DNA of 64,000 nt from Oikopleura dioica (lineage: Eukaryota; Animalia; Chordata), in NCBI GenBank assembly GCA_907165135.1, contig OU015566.1:2232001-2296000 (forward strand). The letters run 5' to 3'. The notes beneath the pieces are model-generated. The model saw only the letters and a program-made list of their open reading frames with translations. It did not search any database and was not told the DNA's origin. The translations under genes were made by a program, and so were the position numbers. This document shows positions 12,359 to 24,657 of this stretch, piece after piece. Each line of letters starts with the position of its first letter. Position 1 is the first letter of the stretch.

Positions 12359-14775
12359 TTTAGCCTTTTTATTTCCGAAAATTTCAGAAATTTCAGCGCT
12401 CATCAAATCCCATTACTCTTCTTCGTCCAGATTTTGTTCCGTTAATTTTCCCAGTTTTGATAATTTTCGAATTCCAAAAAAGTCAGCCGTGGAATCCGGC
12501 CGCATCAAACGCTCGGTTATTTTTTCGATTCGAAAATTCAATTAAATTTTTTCAACCTTTTTGACACCAGCGCGCTCAATTCATTCTAGAATTTTAACCG
12601 TCGCTCTGATTTTGGGTACAATAAGGGCGTCGTGCCTAGGGAGGCGGTGAGTTGTGGGGTTAAGGGAGAGTGATCACGTTAAGAAATTTGTTAATTAGAG
12701 AAGGGGGAAATTGAGGTTTCGGGTCGAAATGTATGTTATCAATTTAGATCGGGAACTCGTAAGGGGATTTTAAGGGTATCTCTCTCAATATTGATATTTC
12801 TATTCTTTTCTTCTATGACTTCCTTAATATTCTTTTGTTTTAAGAGGATTTATATACACAAAAATAATCTTTCTTTTTTGATTGTGATACCCTTATTTTC
12901 CCATCGCAAAAGATAGATGAAGGCAACAGCTAAATTCTTGCAAAAGAAAATCTTGATGTACTCCCTTAACCTTTTTACTTTTAACCTGTTTATTGAGAAA
13001 GCCATTTTCTGTCCCCGAAAAGCCTCAGGTACCCCCTTATTGCGCGAAATTCTTTCATAAAATTTGCAACTCACAAACGAGCCTATTTTTAATTAACTCA
13101 TATCAACAACTTCTTTTAGAAGCAAGCTTAGTTTCAAGGCAAAAAATGAGCGATTCTAGCGTTTTTTCGGAAACAAAAACTTGCGGTTCAAAATTTCCAG
13201 CAGTAGTAACTCCGAAATACCAAAAATTTGGAACATCATCCCCATCCCTCTAGGGAAAGTTTAATGACAAACATGAGGCGTCGGCGATAATCGCATCTCA
13301 AATGAACCGCTGACGCTAGAATCCAATTCCAGCTCGTGTTTCTTTTATCATTTCTGTTTTTTTATTCAAACTTTCCTTCGAAATTTTTTTGTCTTCTTGT
13401 TATTATTGTTAACCATCGCGGTCCATTATGGCCCCTGCCGTGTCTCTGAAATGAGCAATAGTGAAAAATCCCGCGGTGGCGGAGTGAAAACCGCACCTGT
13501 GAAATCTCGGAGACGGAAATGCACAGCTCAAGAACTAATGACTAGACTATAAGGAGATGTTTCACTTTCTTGTAAGGATAAATTTCTAAGAAAAGAATGT
13601 CTCATGCCGTTAGTTTCGAGAGGTTTTTTCCGAAAGATTTTGTCTTTTTCTTCTTTTCACTCAGAATTGTTCCAGCAGAGTGAGTCCTCCGGGCGTAAGA
13701 GAAAACGAAATCTGCTCGCTTGGTGTCGCTTTTTCGGGTTTAGTTTTCAGGGCAATCATCAGAATTGATCGGTATTTTAATGTTTATTCAAAATCCTTTT
13801 TCTTAATCCTTTTTTTGAATTTCAATGACGTTTTTATTTAAATTTTATAAATTTAATGCTAAACTGAAAGATTAACCTGTTTGTTTAGGTAAGAAGAAGA
13901 AATCAACACCTGCTTGCTAAGATTCGATGAATCATCAAGTTTCAGGGCATCCTTTCTCTTTCGCAAGTGTCAAGTTTATATTGAATATATGCAGAATGTC
14001 AGATAACAGTCCAACCAACTCAGACTGATTGAATCACATTTTGCGCAGACTGTCATTTCCGGCCGTCGAAGATTCTCAAAATTACTTCAGATTCTAGTTT
14101 TTCGTGAAAACGACTGTTTTTGCAGGGCAAACTACAGCATGTCTATGTATATATTTTTTTCAGGGTACTTAAATAAGCCACTCAAATGGGATCGGTAATC
14201 CGTAAGTTGATCCATCCGGCGCATTCTAGAATCCAGCAACGTTGAGTCTATTTTCGCGAAATTCGTCTTACTGTATTCCTGCTCCATTCTAAGTGGTCGT
14301 CGGCGAGATGGAGCGTTTTGAGCAATACAGTAAAGAAAAACAATAGGTTCTTCTTATCAGTGCTTTTTTAAAAATGCAAATTATCAGCTCTCAAAAGTGG
14401 CAAAAACGTCATCATTGCCACTTTTGCGTTTTTCCACGCTTTCTTCAAAAAGAAGAAAAGAATGAAATCGCGCCGCTGTGGCTCATTTCGCTGGCGCAAG
14501 TGCCTCTGTGCTTCTGTGGCCGGCTAATCGAAGCCACAAAGCTCACTTGCTGGAGCTCAGCGCGGTCGAAACACGCGGCTATTGTCGAAACGAATCCAAC
14601 ATTATCGCCAACACGCGTGGTCGGCTCAATGAAGATTTGGGGAACTTATCACAGAGTCAACGCGAATTTTACGCAGAATATTACTGAATACATTTTCCAC
14701 GAGAAATTTTACAAAATAACCAAAATGCCTTTTTTATCAAAAAAAACAAAAATCTACGGGAATCGACCTTTGTTA

Positions 14776-14966
14776 AAAACCTGAGTCAGGGTTATTAAAA
14801 ATATGAGAAGCCGCAAGGCGGCTTTTTTACAAACGAAGCCGCAAGGCGGCTTCGAAAAAACTCCTTTTTTAATGAATTTAAGGGTGTCAATAACAATTAC
14901 GCCAAGCGCTGTTGACGCCCTTAATATTCTAGCTATTTTCGCCCTTTAGACCCTGACTCAGGTTTT
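14776..14966. mobile_element. Composite MITE-like element: 17-bp inverted ends, two AAGCCGC hairpins and one TTAAGGG...CCCTTAA module
   Basis: AAAACCTGAGTCAGGGT (14776-14792) and ACCCTGACTCAGGTTTT (14950-14966). Internal GAAGCCGCAAGGCGGCTT occurs twice. No TSD seen. Confidence 0.75.
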
Positions 14967-16161
14967 CTGCACAGGTTGCCAAGCGACCTCGAACTTTTTG
15001 AATATAAAGGGTGTCACTATCTTAATCGCAATTTTTCTATGAAAATTCTCCGAAATTCTCAATTGATGATTCATTTTTTACTTTGATCACTTGATCATTG
15101 CATTATTGAAAGAAAAGACAAATTATCGATGATGCATTAAATCCGGCTTCAGAATTTAAGGAAGGACTGAACGGAACCATTCTAATCCCTATCAACGTTT
15201 TATTTGTTTCTAATCCTAGTACCTATAAACTTTAGTCGTAATCGTTTCTAAGCGGGCTCTCGTGACGACCCCGGATGATCCTCTCTTAATCGAGTCCAGA
15301 TTTCAACATGCAACGACTTATATAAGCATTTTTATCGCTTTATGTAGCAATATTTTCAGTTCCCGTCTCTTTTTGTGGTGCAAAGAAAACATGCTCTTCC
15401 GAGTCAAGAACCGCATTTTTCACTGAGCTTCCGGAATTTCACTGATGCAATTTTCGACTTAGAAAAATTCGTTTTCTCTGATGCAACGTAAAATTAATTA
15501 CCTATTTTTAAAAGGATTTATTTATTATTTATAAAAAGAAATTTTGAGTTTATTTTTTTAAAATAATTCTTTTTAATAATAAATTCTTTGATAAAGTATT
15601 TTTTCCATCTTGAATTTAATAATTTTTCTTTATAATTTATTTTTAAATAAAAATTTTTTAATTTTTGAAAAAGCCTATTTTTCAACTCATATCAAATTGC
15701 TATTTTTGTCGATTAAGGATGTCACTCAGATAAATTTTGAAAAAAAAAATCTTTAACATTTTAATATTTTTAAGGTTTCTGAAGGCTCTATTTCTTCATA
15801 AAAAGAATGGTTCTTTGCGGTTCGTCTAAACTTGTCGAAAAACGTTTTGGTCCTGAATTTAGCGCTTTGTACTTCCCCCTGCCGCTGTGTCCCCATGTTC
15901 GGATGAGTTTCCAAGTCTGAGAAGCAAAGTGCTCCTTTATTAAAATTTCTTCGGAAGGATTTTCAACAACCGCGCCGTAAATTCGCGAGACGTGAATTTC
16001 CCCACCGATTGCACGTGTTCACAGAATTTTTCCAAAAGCTGAAATTAAGGAATTTTCGCGATGACAGGAGGAGATTTTTTTGGAATTCAAGAGTCGAAAT
16101 TTTCTAGGAAAAGAGAATGCTAAAAGTTACTTGGATTCTAATGATACCTCAGCCACCAGAT

Positions 16162-16419
16162 TTAAGGGTGTCAACATCGATTCAAAAAGTTTGCGCAAAT
16201 CGTTGTTGACACCCTTAAGACACCTCGATTTAAGGGTGTCAACATGATTTAAAAATTAGCACAGATCGTTTTTGACATCCTTAAGGCACCCAGATTTAAG
16301 GGTGTCCAAATCGATTCAAAAAATTGGCCAAAATCGACGTTGAAACCCTTAAGACACCCCGATTTAAGGGTGTCCAAATCGATTGAAAAATTGGCTAAAA
16401 TCGATGTTGACACCCTTAA
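16162..16419. repeat. Tandem array of four 55-57 bp palindromic TTAAGGGTGTC...GACACCCTTAA units
   Basis: Units at 16162-16218, 16230-16284, 16296-16352 and 16364-16419, separated by 11-nt linkers GACACCTCGAT, GGCACCCAGAT, GACACCCCGAT. Solo units occur at 16962-17021 and about 14878-14925. Confidence 0.9.
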
Positions 16420-19215
16420 TTAACTATTAATTAACACTCCATTTCGTTTGTATTGATTTATAAATATCGTCGTGTTCACCCTTAAATCATTTGAATTTCC
16501 AGAAATTTCCATTTTGATTCATCTTTTTCAGTTTAAAAATGCAAGAATGCTCTTTGTTTACCATTTTAAACTTGCAAATTCTAACTCCCGCGCGAAAAAG
16601 GCGAATTCTGAAGAGGTGTTCCATAACGCGGAAGGACGGGACTTCTGGAGCTTGGAATCCGACCGGGACATTCCACTTGCGTAAGCGCGCTCCATAACGA
16701 ACGTTTTTCCGCGTCAACCCATCTAAACAAACCGACCAACTATTTTTCGAAACATTTCGTACTTCGTCTTCATTTGTAATCAACGGCACCTCCTTTTTCC
16801 CGAATCGAGGTTCATGCTGATGAAAATTTTTGCGCACCTTAAACTGCGAAGCCGCTTGCGGCTTCGGGTGTTAACTTGAAATAGCCGCGCTAGCGCGGCT
16901 AATATTTTCGTGAGAAAAAGCCGCGGGCTAACCTCTGATCCCTTGAGTGGCTTTTTTTAATTTAAGGGTGTCAACAACGATTTTCCCAATTTTACTTTTT
17001 GATCGCTGTTGACACCCTTAAGAAGCGAAAAACCATCAATTGAAAACCTTTTTTCTTTTGAAAAATCTTGATAATTTGAACTTTTTCTTCGAAATCCAAC
17101 GAAATTCGTCGAAAAAAAGCAAAACTTCTTACGTGTGATCCGTAACTCACTTCCGTCTTGACAGTTTTAAAAATCTCGTCGGTAAGGCGATCCTGACGTA
17201 AGGGCCCAGCCGCGGCTTCTTGGCGACCGAGAACAATTGTACAGAATGAGCTTGCGGCCACGGAATCCAGTTAGAGCCAGGGCATCGGTTACGTGCAAAC
17301 TTTCGCACTTTTGGTTAACTGAAGGTGAACGCCGGTTACTGTGCCTTTTTAGAACAAGCGCAATCTCGACTCAAAAAGAGCTTGATCAAAAGAGCGTCGA
17401 TTCTAGCGCCTCGAACTTAGAACTTATCGGAAAGCCCGGGGTTCCTTATCAACGAGGGCTTACAAGAGGGCAAAAATTCAAGTGCGAATTTGGGAAAATT
17501 TTTGATGAAAAAAATTTTTTGGAAAAATTTTTATGAAAAATTTTTTCCTGAAAATCGTTTTTTTATCATTGCCATTGTCATTTGCTCCTTGAGCTCATTA
17601 ATGCAAAAATGAATCTGAAAAAGGTGAAGAGTGGTCGTGAAGAATCGTGGAGGGCGGACACTAATGACCAGAATTTCATGCGAAGGTGGTTTTGAGTTGA
17701 ACCTTCCAGTCATTTAGAGCGTTATCCGGTGACACCGGACACATTAGCCCTCTTTGATTCCTACTCACGCTTCTTGGAGTGGCCCTGAAAGTTCGAAAAG
17801 ATCAAACAAAAATTTGCCGCGAAATTTTTAAATTTAATTTTTGAGCTGTAATTGAACTGCGTAATCCTGTTTTGACAGACGGAGTCGTGGTTCTAAACAA
17901 CTACGCAAGGCTACTACCCTCTGTATGGGATTAGCTAAGAGCCGTTATTATCACGCTATGGATCAATCAAATATGATTTGCCGATTTGGCCGTGAAATTT
18001 ATTTTTCAGATTTTCAGTGCGCTGACTCGATTTTAGAAACACACTTATTTCAAAAATAGAATTTTTTAAACTCTGACGAACTACAACAAATACGCGATTT
18101 TGATTGGCCGATTTCATTTTTGAAGGTTTTTTGATTGGCTGAAGCCCTAAAATAGGCAAAATCTAATTCAGCCAACAAGAAAGTTTAATTTAGCATTTCA
18201 ACCAATCAGAAAGCTCAAAATATATTATGCTCCAATCAAAAACCTGAAATGTTTTGAAAGTTCTTTCAGGAAAGATGACAATAAATCATCTTTTTCGTTG
18301 GATTTTCAAATTTGATTTTCGAGTCGAAAATTGATTGTTCAGATGTAGAAGGAAATACCAAGTCTCAGAAAGTCAAATATTATTTTCAATTTAGAAGACG
18401 TAATAGAAATAGGGCGTATCTGTCAGTCCGCTTCCGATTTTATAAGCTGCTGGACGCGGCGGCGGTTGGAAGGATACCGCGATCATTCGAGCACCTGCTT
18501 GATCGAATAGCCGCACGCCAGGCACGTTGCAATTTATTTGTCACTTTTGAGCTGCCAACTTTTGATTTTTTGGAAAAAAAAAGAAAAGATAATGCGAACC
18601 AAGAAGTTTTTTTGGTTTAGGAAAGTCAAAATTGGCTCATCAAAAGTTCAATTTTAGGCGTAAACGAAGAATCGAACTGTGTTTTTGAAAGACCAATAAG
18701 ATTGCTGTATTTGGCCTACTGGCAAATCAAAACCCTGATCCAGAAAATCATTTTTATTTTTCGATATTGCCTCAATTTTATGAGTCATATTTTATAAAAA
18801 AAATGAAAATCAAGCCTTTCCATTTTTTCCTCTATGATTTTTTTCTATCGGACAATCAAGTTCATAATCAATCCACGTTTTTGTGAAACGCAACAGACAA
18901 AATCGAAAGTGTTTGTTAAATAAAGGTGCACTTGTATATTCAACTCTGGCACCTTGTTTTGGCGATACCGCACGTTTTCGCTAACAGTTGATAGTGAATA
19001 ACTCAGTTACTGTCGAGCCCTATTTTATTTCTATCATTACAGTCGTTTTACAGTTTTCCAATGTATTCTAGCGCCAAGCAATCCATCGCTAAATCGATGC
19101 ATTCGATCGCCGCATGAGCTCGCATATCTTCGTTTTTATAAGCGGGAATTTTCGATCTCGCCTGAAAATGGAAAAATTAAGGGTGTCATGAGGAAAGTGC
19201 ATCATACGGTATGAT

Positions 19216-20517
19216 TAGGTAAACTTGATGAAAAATGAGCTCTTTTTTGAGCTTTCAATATAGAGAGTTTAATACATTTTTAGAATCCCCAGAAGCTGGG
19301 GATCATTTTGACTATTGATACTTGGGGGTTTGGTTCATGCCCTGAGGCGTTTTAGGCCTTCCAAAGTCCAAAAAATCGGGCAATCTCGGTGAAATGGCCA
19401 TAACTTTTGTTCTCCCCACTTTCTGATGATGCTCAGCATCTCAACTTGTAGCTGGGGTTCTGACGGTTCAGAATCTGTGTAGAAAACTACCGGACACCCC
19501 CCATTCTAGCGCTCCTAGAACCTCTAGAAGTTAGGGAAGTCCACCGAAAATCGGTACTTTTTTTACTAAAATATGGTAAAACAGATACAGACAAAACGGA
19601 CAATTCCGGAAGTTTTTTTTTCGGGAAAAATCGCCAAATCTCCGGAATTGTCCGAATTCGACTTGAAATTTGTTTGGGTCAGAAGTGCCTTTTTTAAGGG
19701 TGTCAACCAGAAAATGGACTTTTTTAGTGCTGCGCAAGGCTTTTTTGACTCTTCGCTGATTTCTTTTCAGAAAATTTTTCCTAATTATTTCGAAAAAGGT
19801 GGCCCTGTATAGAGAATAGGCCTCTAAGTTGAATTTTATGTCTTAACTTTCAGGAATTGTGCGCTTACAAAATTTTTGAAATTTCCCTCAAATCTCCGGA
19901 ATTGCCCGTTCCGGAATTGTCCGTTTTGTCTGTATATTTCTGTACAAAAACGATCTAGGAATAATAAAATCGTTTTTTTGACCTCAAAAATATATTTTGG
20001 GTCATTATCGAGTACTTCGGGTGAGTTTTTACGAAATTTTTTTTTGCACATAATTTGACTTGAGGTGACTTTCGATGCCTTGTAACTATATTTTGGACAT
20101 CAGAAAGCGGATTTTATCGAGTTTTGATCGATTTCGGACAAAAATTTACACCTTTTACAACATTTCAGTTGAAAAGTACCGATTTTCGGTGGACTTCCCT
20201 AACTTCTAGAGGTTCTAGGAGCGCTAGAATGGGGGGTGTCCGGTAGTTTTCTACACAGATTCTGAACCGTCAGAACCCCAGCTACAAGTTGAGATGCTGA
20301 GCATCATCAGAAAGTGGGGAGAACAAAAGTTATGGCCATTTCACCGAGATTGCCCGATTTTTTGGACTTTGGAAGGCCTAAAACGCCTCAGGGCATGAAC
20401 CAAACCCCCAAGTATCAATAGTCAAAATGATCCCCAGCTTCTGGGGATTCTAAAAATGTATTAAACTCTCTATATTGAAATCTAAAAAAAGAGCTCATAT
20501 TTCATCAAGTTTACCTA
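19216..20517. mobile_element. Non-autonomous DNA transposon with about 346-bp TIRs and an 8-bp TSD (hAT-like; P-like not excluded), 1302 bp
   Basis: Arms 19216-19561 and 20172-20517 are near-identical inverted repeats (3 mismatches seen, all near the ends). Termini TAGG...CCTA, with GGTATGAT duplicated at 19208-19215 and 20518-20525. A nested internal inverted repeat lies at about 19583-19612 and 19909-19935. No transposase. Confidence 0.92.
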
Positions 20518-20631
20518 GGTATGATTCATACCTCGCAAGCAAGAGTTCTTTCCAAGCATTTGAGCTCTGCCGCAGAATAAGTCGAAAGAGCTTCGCCAAA
20601 GACAAGATCGCTTGAAAAAAAAATTAAGAGC

Positions 20632-20795
20632 TAACATAGTGATACCCTTATTTTGAAAATCAGCAATAAAACCAAACCGATTATCGATTGAAAACAGACA
20701 AAAAATATTAAAATTTACTGTAAATCTGCTTGTAAAGCGCAAGAAGAAGGTCTTTTTTCAAGAACAGCTTTGAAAATAAGGGTATCTCTATGTTA
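20632..20795. mobile_element. MITE with 23-bp TIR (one mismatch)
   Basis: TAACATAGTGATACCCTTATTTT and AAAATAAGGGTATCTCTATGTTA. The terminal TA may be the TSD. Confidence 0.75.
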
Positions 20796-20897
20796 AATAT
20801 AAAGAAATTACCTCAAAACAGCAGATATAAAGAAAGAAACACAGAAAATCTTCATCTCAGTTAATTATTTTTTGTTTATTTTTCTGAATACAAATTG

Positions 20898-23800
20898 ATG
20901 CTGATTTATATATTTGCATGCATATTGCCTAATCTGGCAGGACATCATCTGTTTGTAAACCAATTCGTCTCAATTTTTAATCCCAATTTAAGGTCCTTAA
21001 CATCAATCGCGATTTTGACGGAGAACATCGTTTTGGCGCAAAGACCCGGCTTGACAGGCGGCTCTGGGTCGCGTGGAAGCCTTCTCGAGCAGTTGCGATA
21101 TTACGCTCGGGATGCTGAAGGTTTGGCTGGAAGAGCCTTGAGTCCGATTGAGATGGGAAGGTGCGCCAATCGTGAATTTGGAAGTCAATGCTGCGCTGGA
21201 TCCAACTGGAATTGTCAAGCTCCTGGGAGCAAATGCTCATGTGATCAAGTAAGCATTGTTCACTGAAGAAAATTTTAAGGGTGTAGCCTTCGATATTCAA
21301 AATACATTTGAGAGGCATTTTGAAGCTTTCTTATGTGAAATAAGGGTGTCACTTTCTTAATTCTGCGAAAAAATCATCAATAGAAACCCTTAAAAAGGAC
21401 ACCCTTAATGTTTTCAAGGAAATTCTTAGAGAAACCAAAGAAATTTTCGATAGAAAGGGTTCGATAGGACTTATCAGCCCAGAAATGAAAATAGAGCGGT
21501 AAATCTAGAACAGGGTTTATCCACTTCCGCATTTCGAGATTTGAAGCCGCAACTTAAATTTTGGCAATATGGTCATTTGATAACTAAGCGACCAAAATAA
21601 GGGTGTATCTAGGAAAACGGTTCTAACAAGAGTTCGCTCATAAGAACTCAGATTAAAACCTTAGATACTTAGATAGATAGGAAAAGTTTTTTCTGATTTT
21701 CTAGAAATATATTTTTTAACTGAAAACCATAAGCCAGTATAAATTCCCTCCATTATTTATTTTAATTGTATTGATTATCCGAAGTCAAGTTCAATAAAAC
21801 ACTTCAGTGAAACCAAATAACGAACACAAATTAACTTAGAATTGTGGAAAATAATATTATGCGAAACTGCACTATCACTTGATATCGGACAAAAATTCCC
21901 TTTCAGATGTGCCGAGAATTCAACGACTGCTGCCCTGACTATGAAGATCTTTGCCTCGAAGCAGAAGAACGACTGGTTTCTTGCGATCTTCGAAATGGAG
22001 ACATCAATGTATGGACCTTTTGCCTTTTCTCAATTTTTTATCCTGATTTTTAGAACAATCCGCCAATGGCTTTTGAGCCAGCGAAAATTCCCGACGATGC
22101 AAAACTAGCGCGCGCCTCTGGAGATCCTCATTATCATACTTACGACGGGCGAACGATCCATTACCAGGGCGGCTGCACGTACAAATTATCAGGTTCGCTA
22201 AATTAACCATTCAATCAACCAATCATCTTTCAACCCTTTATCATTCACTTTTAGGACTTTGCTCTTACGCCGCTACATCTGTTGAAGGAAATATTCTCAG
22301 CGAGTTCAACATCTATGCCAAAAATCGTCAATCTTTCAGGAGTGGATTAAAAATACAGTCAAATGACTGAAAGCTACTGTAGCCAACAATCTACGACTGG
22401 ATAATGAACCGCTCTGATCCACAGAATTGCGTAACTAACCGCAAGAAATGCATATTTCAAGCCCCGTTTATTCGTTTTTGGCAGATATGCTAAGTGTTCC
22501 CTACTTCCCCCCTTTTTTGATTAGAAAAGTAAATGAATCCAAAAACAAGAAATTCTGCCAGGAACGAGCCACGACCCATGGCTTGGGTTGAAACGATGAT
22601 CGTGGAAATGCCTGTGAAAACAGGCGACGTTGAGATTGGATCAAAATTCGTCACCGTTGGACAGGACCTTGCTATTCAGCTTGCTTCTGTTTGGACAAAT
22701 GGAACCTCTGGTGAGTTAAAAATCAACAACATTTTTGATGAAAATTATCAGCTTGTTGATAAGGGGGTTCACTTCTGGACTCGGCAATTCGTAAAAAAAC
22801 CTGAGTCAGGGTCCTTAAAAATCGGTTTTAAGGACGTCTACCCCGCTAACCCGCATTATCCAATAAGATGATGAAGAATTGCCAATTGCTCACTTTTTCA
22901 TATCCCTCGGAAAATCTTAAGCCGCTCTAGAGCAGCTTATCCTCTTTGCCCCAACAACACTTATCCCCATTTTCCTTATCCCCGTTGACCTTCCTTTGGT
23001 TCCGCTCAACTCGATAAATAAACACTTTTGTTCAGAAATCCGCTCATTGGACGAAGCCGAACTTCCATTTGACATTAATGATGATGCTGGAGACCGAGTC
23101 GGTCATATTTATAAAAAGGGTAACTATGTTAGGGTTCAAGTTGGTATCGATGGATTGACGGCTGGATTCAACGGCAAGCAGAATATGAAGATCAACTTGC
23201 CTTGCCAGGTTTGCAAATACTTTTGACTCAATTTTTGAATCTGATTTTCAACAGTATATGGGCAATGTCTGCGGCCTTATGGGCAATGCCGACGCTGATC
23301 CCTCAAATGACGACCGTATGCCATCCGACATCAGCGCCGAAGACGACAATATCCTCGGTAAATCAACAACTGTTCTTTTCCATTTTCTAATTTTCCTCCA
23401 GGAGAATCTTGGGTTGCCACTAACTTGCCAGTAATTATCGGCGACGGAATCAACGAATGCTCCGATTCTCTTCCAGAAGGTGCACCAAGAGCACCAGAAG
23501 TCTGTGATGCCAACAATTTGAGAGAGGCTGCTACTCATTGCACTGCTATTCTGGACGCTGAAGGTATCATTTTTCTTCAAAAAACATTTCTTCAAAACAT
23601 TTTTCAGGTCCATTCGGAGGTTGCTTGGTTCACGATGTCGCTGGTAGCTTCTTTGAAGATTGCGTCTACGATTTGTGCCTCTACTTCGAAAACGACCTCG
23701 ATATCGAGTAAGCGCCCTCTTTCTTTTTCCAACTCCTCAATCCCCTTCTTTCAGACAAGCCAAATGCGACGTCCTTGAAGCGTATGCAAACGAATGCCGA

Positions 23801-24657
23801 GATATGGGAACGACGAACATTTTCTGGCGCGAGGAACTCGAGTGCCCAGTCCAATGCGGCAAGAACGAGCGATTCTTCGACGAGACCGACACTGAAATGT
23901 CTTGCGATGGACCAGTCGACATTTCTGTTGACAATCATGTTGTTGAAGGTTTCGAATCAACAATCCCCTTCTTGATTTTTCCTTTTGCATGATTTTTTGT
24001 TGCTGAAAACACTGTTTTTCAGGCTGCTTCTGCAAAGATGGCTACGTCCGAAATGGCGAAAAATGCCAACGAGAAGATCGATGCCCAACAAACAACCAAG
24101 ACAGCAACATTTGGAACGACCAATTCCCAAATATGCCTGGAATGAAGGTTTGAGATCCTTGATTTTGATTCGTTGAACTCGATTTTTAATTCGAATTTTT
24201 AGCTCGATGGTGACATTGAAGAATTTAACCCGATTGAATTCCTCGATGATTTGAGCTGCTTGACTGAGAATCCGATTGAGAGTAAGATTCAAGATGTTGA
24301 AAAAGGTTGGTTATGAGATTTTGTAGAAGAACGACCAGTCAGTGGGGGAAATGGACATCATGCTAGAAATGATTGGGTTGCTCCTGATGCCTGCTGCGAT
24401 GATAAGCCTTACAATACAGGCGTCAAGGTACTCTTAATGACAAATCTGATGATCCTACGTTTCTGATTGGCTGAGCCTCAGCCTAAGTAGTGTTCCTTGC
24501 CAGAGCCAATCAGAAAGCTCGATTAAAAGATTCGTTATCAAAGACCCTTTCTGTAAGAAAAATTCTCATCCTGATTTTCTAGAGCTGCTGTGGCGGTCTT
24601 CATGTATACGACCCAATTGAAAAATTCTGCATCGACGGACAAGTTGTCCATCTCTAA
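20898..24657 (+). CDS. Secreted cysteine-rich protein: somatomedin B, VWD, C8, TIL and C-terminal CC/galaxin-like repeats (mucin/zonadhesin-like)
   Basis: Multi-exon model: CSCDQ|MCREFNDCCPDYEDLC (SMB); ARASGDPHYHTYDGRTIHYQGGCTYKL...NVCGLMGNAD (VWD); FFEDCVYDLC...CDVLEAYANEC (C8); CPVQCGKNE...GCFCKDGYVRNGEKCQREDRC (TIL); CCDDKPYNTGVK|SCCGGLHVYDPIEKFCIDGQVVHL*. Stop TAA 24655-57. The start codon is uncertain. Confidence 0.88.
24460..24516. repeat. Intronic 13-bp inverted repeat of the CCAAT-rich family
   Basis: TTTCTGATTGGCT (24460-72) and AGCCAATCAGAAA (24504-16), in the last intron of the VWD gene. Confidence 0.6.

Noticed and set aside
14374-14784. CGRLIEATKLTC in ORF 14374-14784 resembling an insulin B chain
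   Set aside because: The Cys spacing is one residue short, there is no signal peptide, no A chain was found, and there is no splice support.
16162-16419. CRISPR-like look of the four-unit palindromic array
   Set aside because: The variable parts are related to each other and lie inside the palindrome, the linkers are conserved, there are no cas genes, and the context is eukaryotic.
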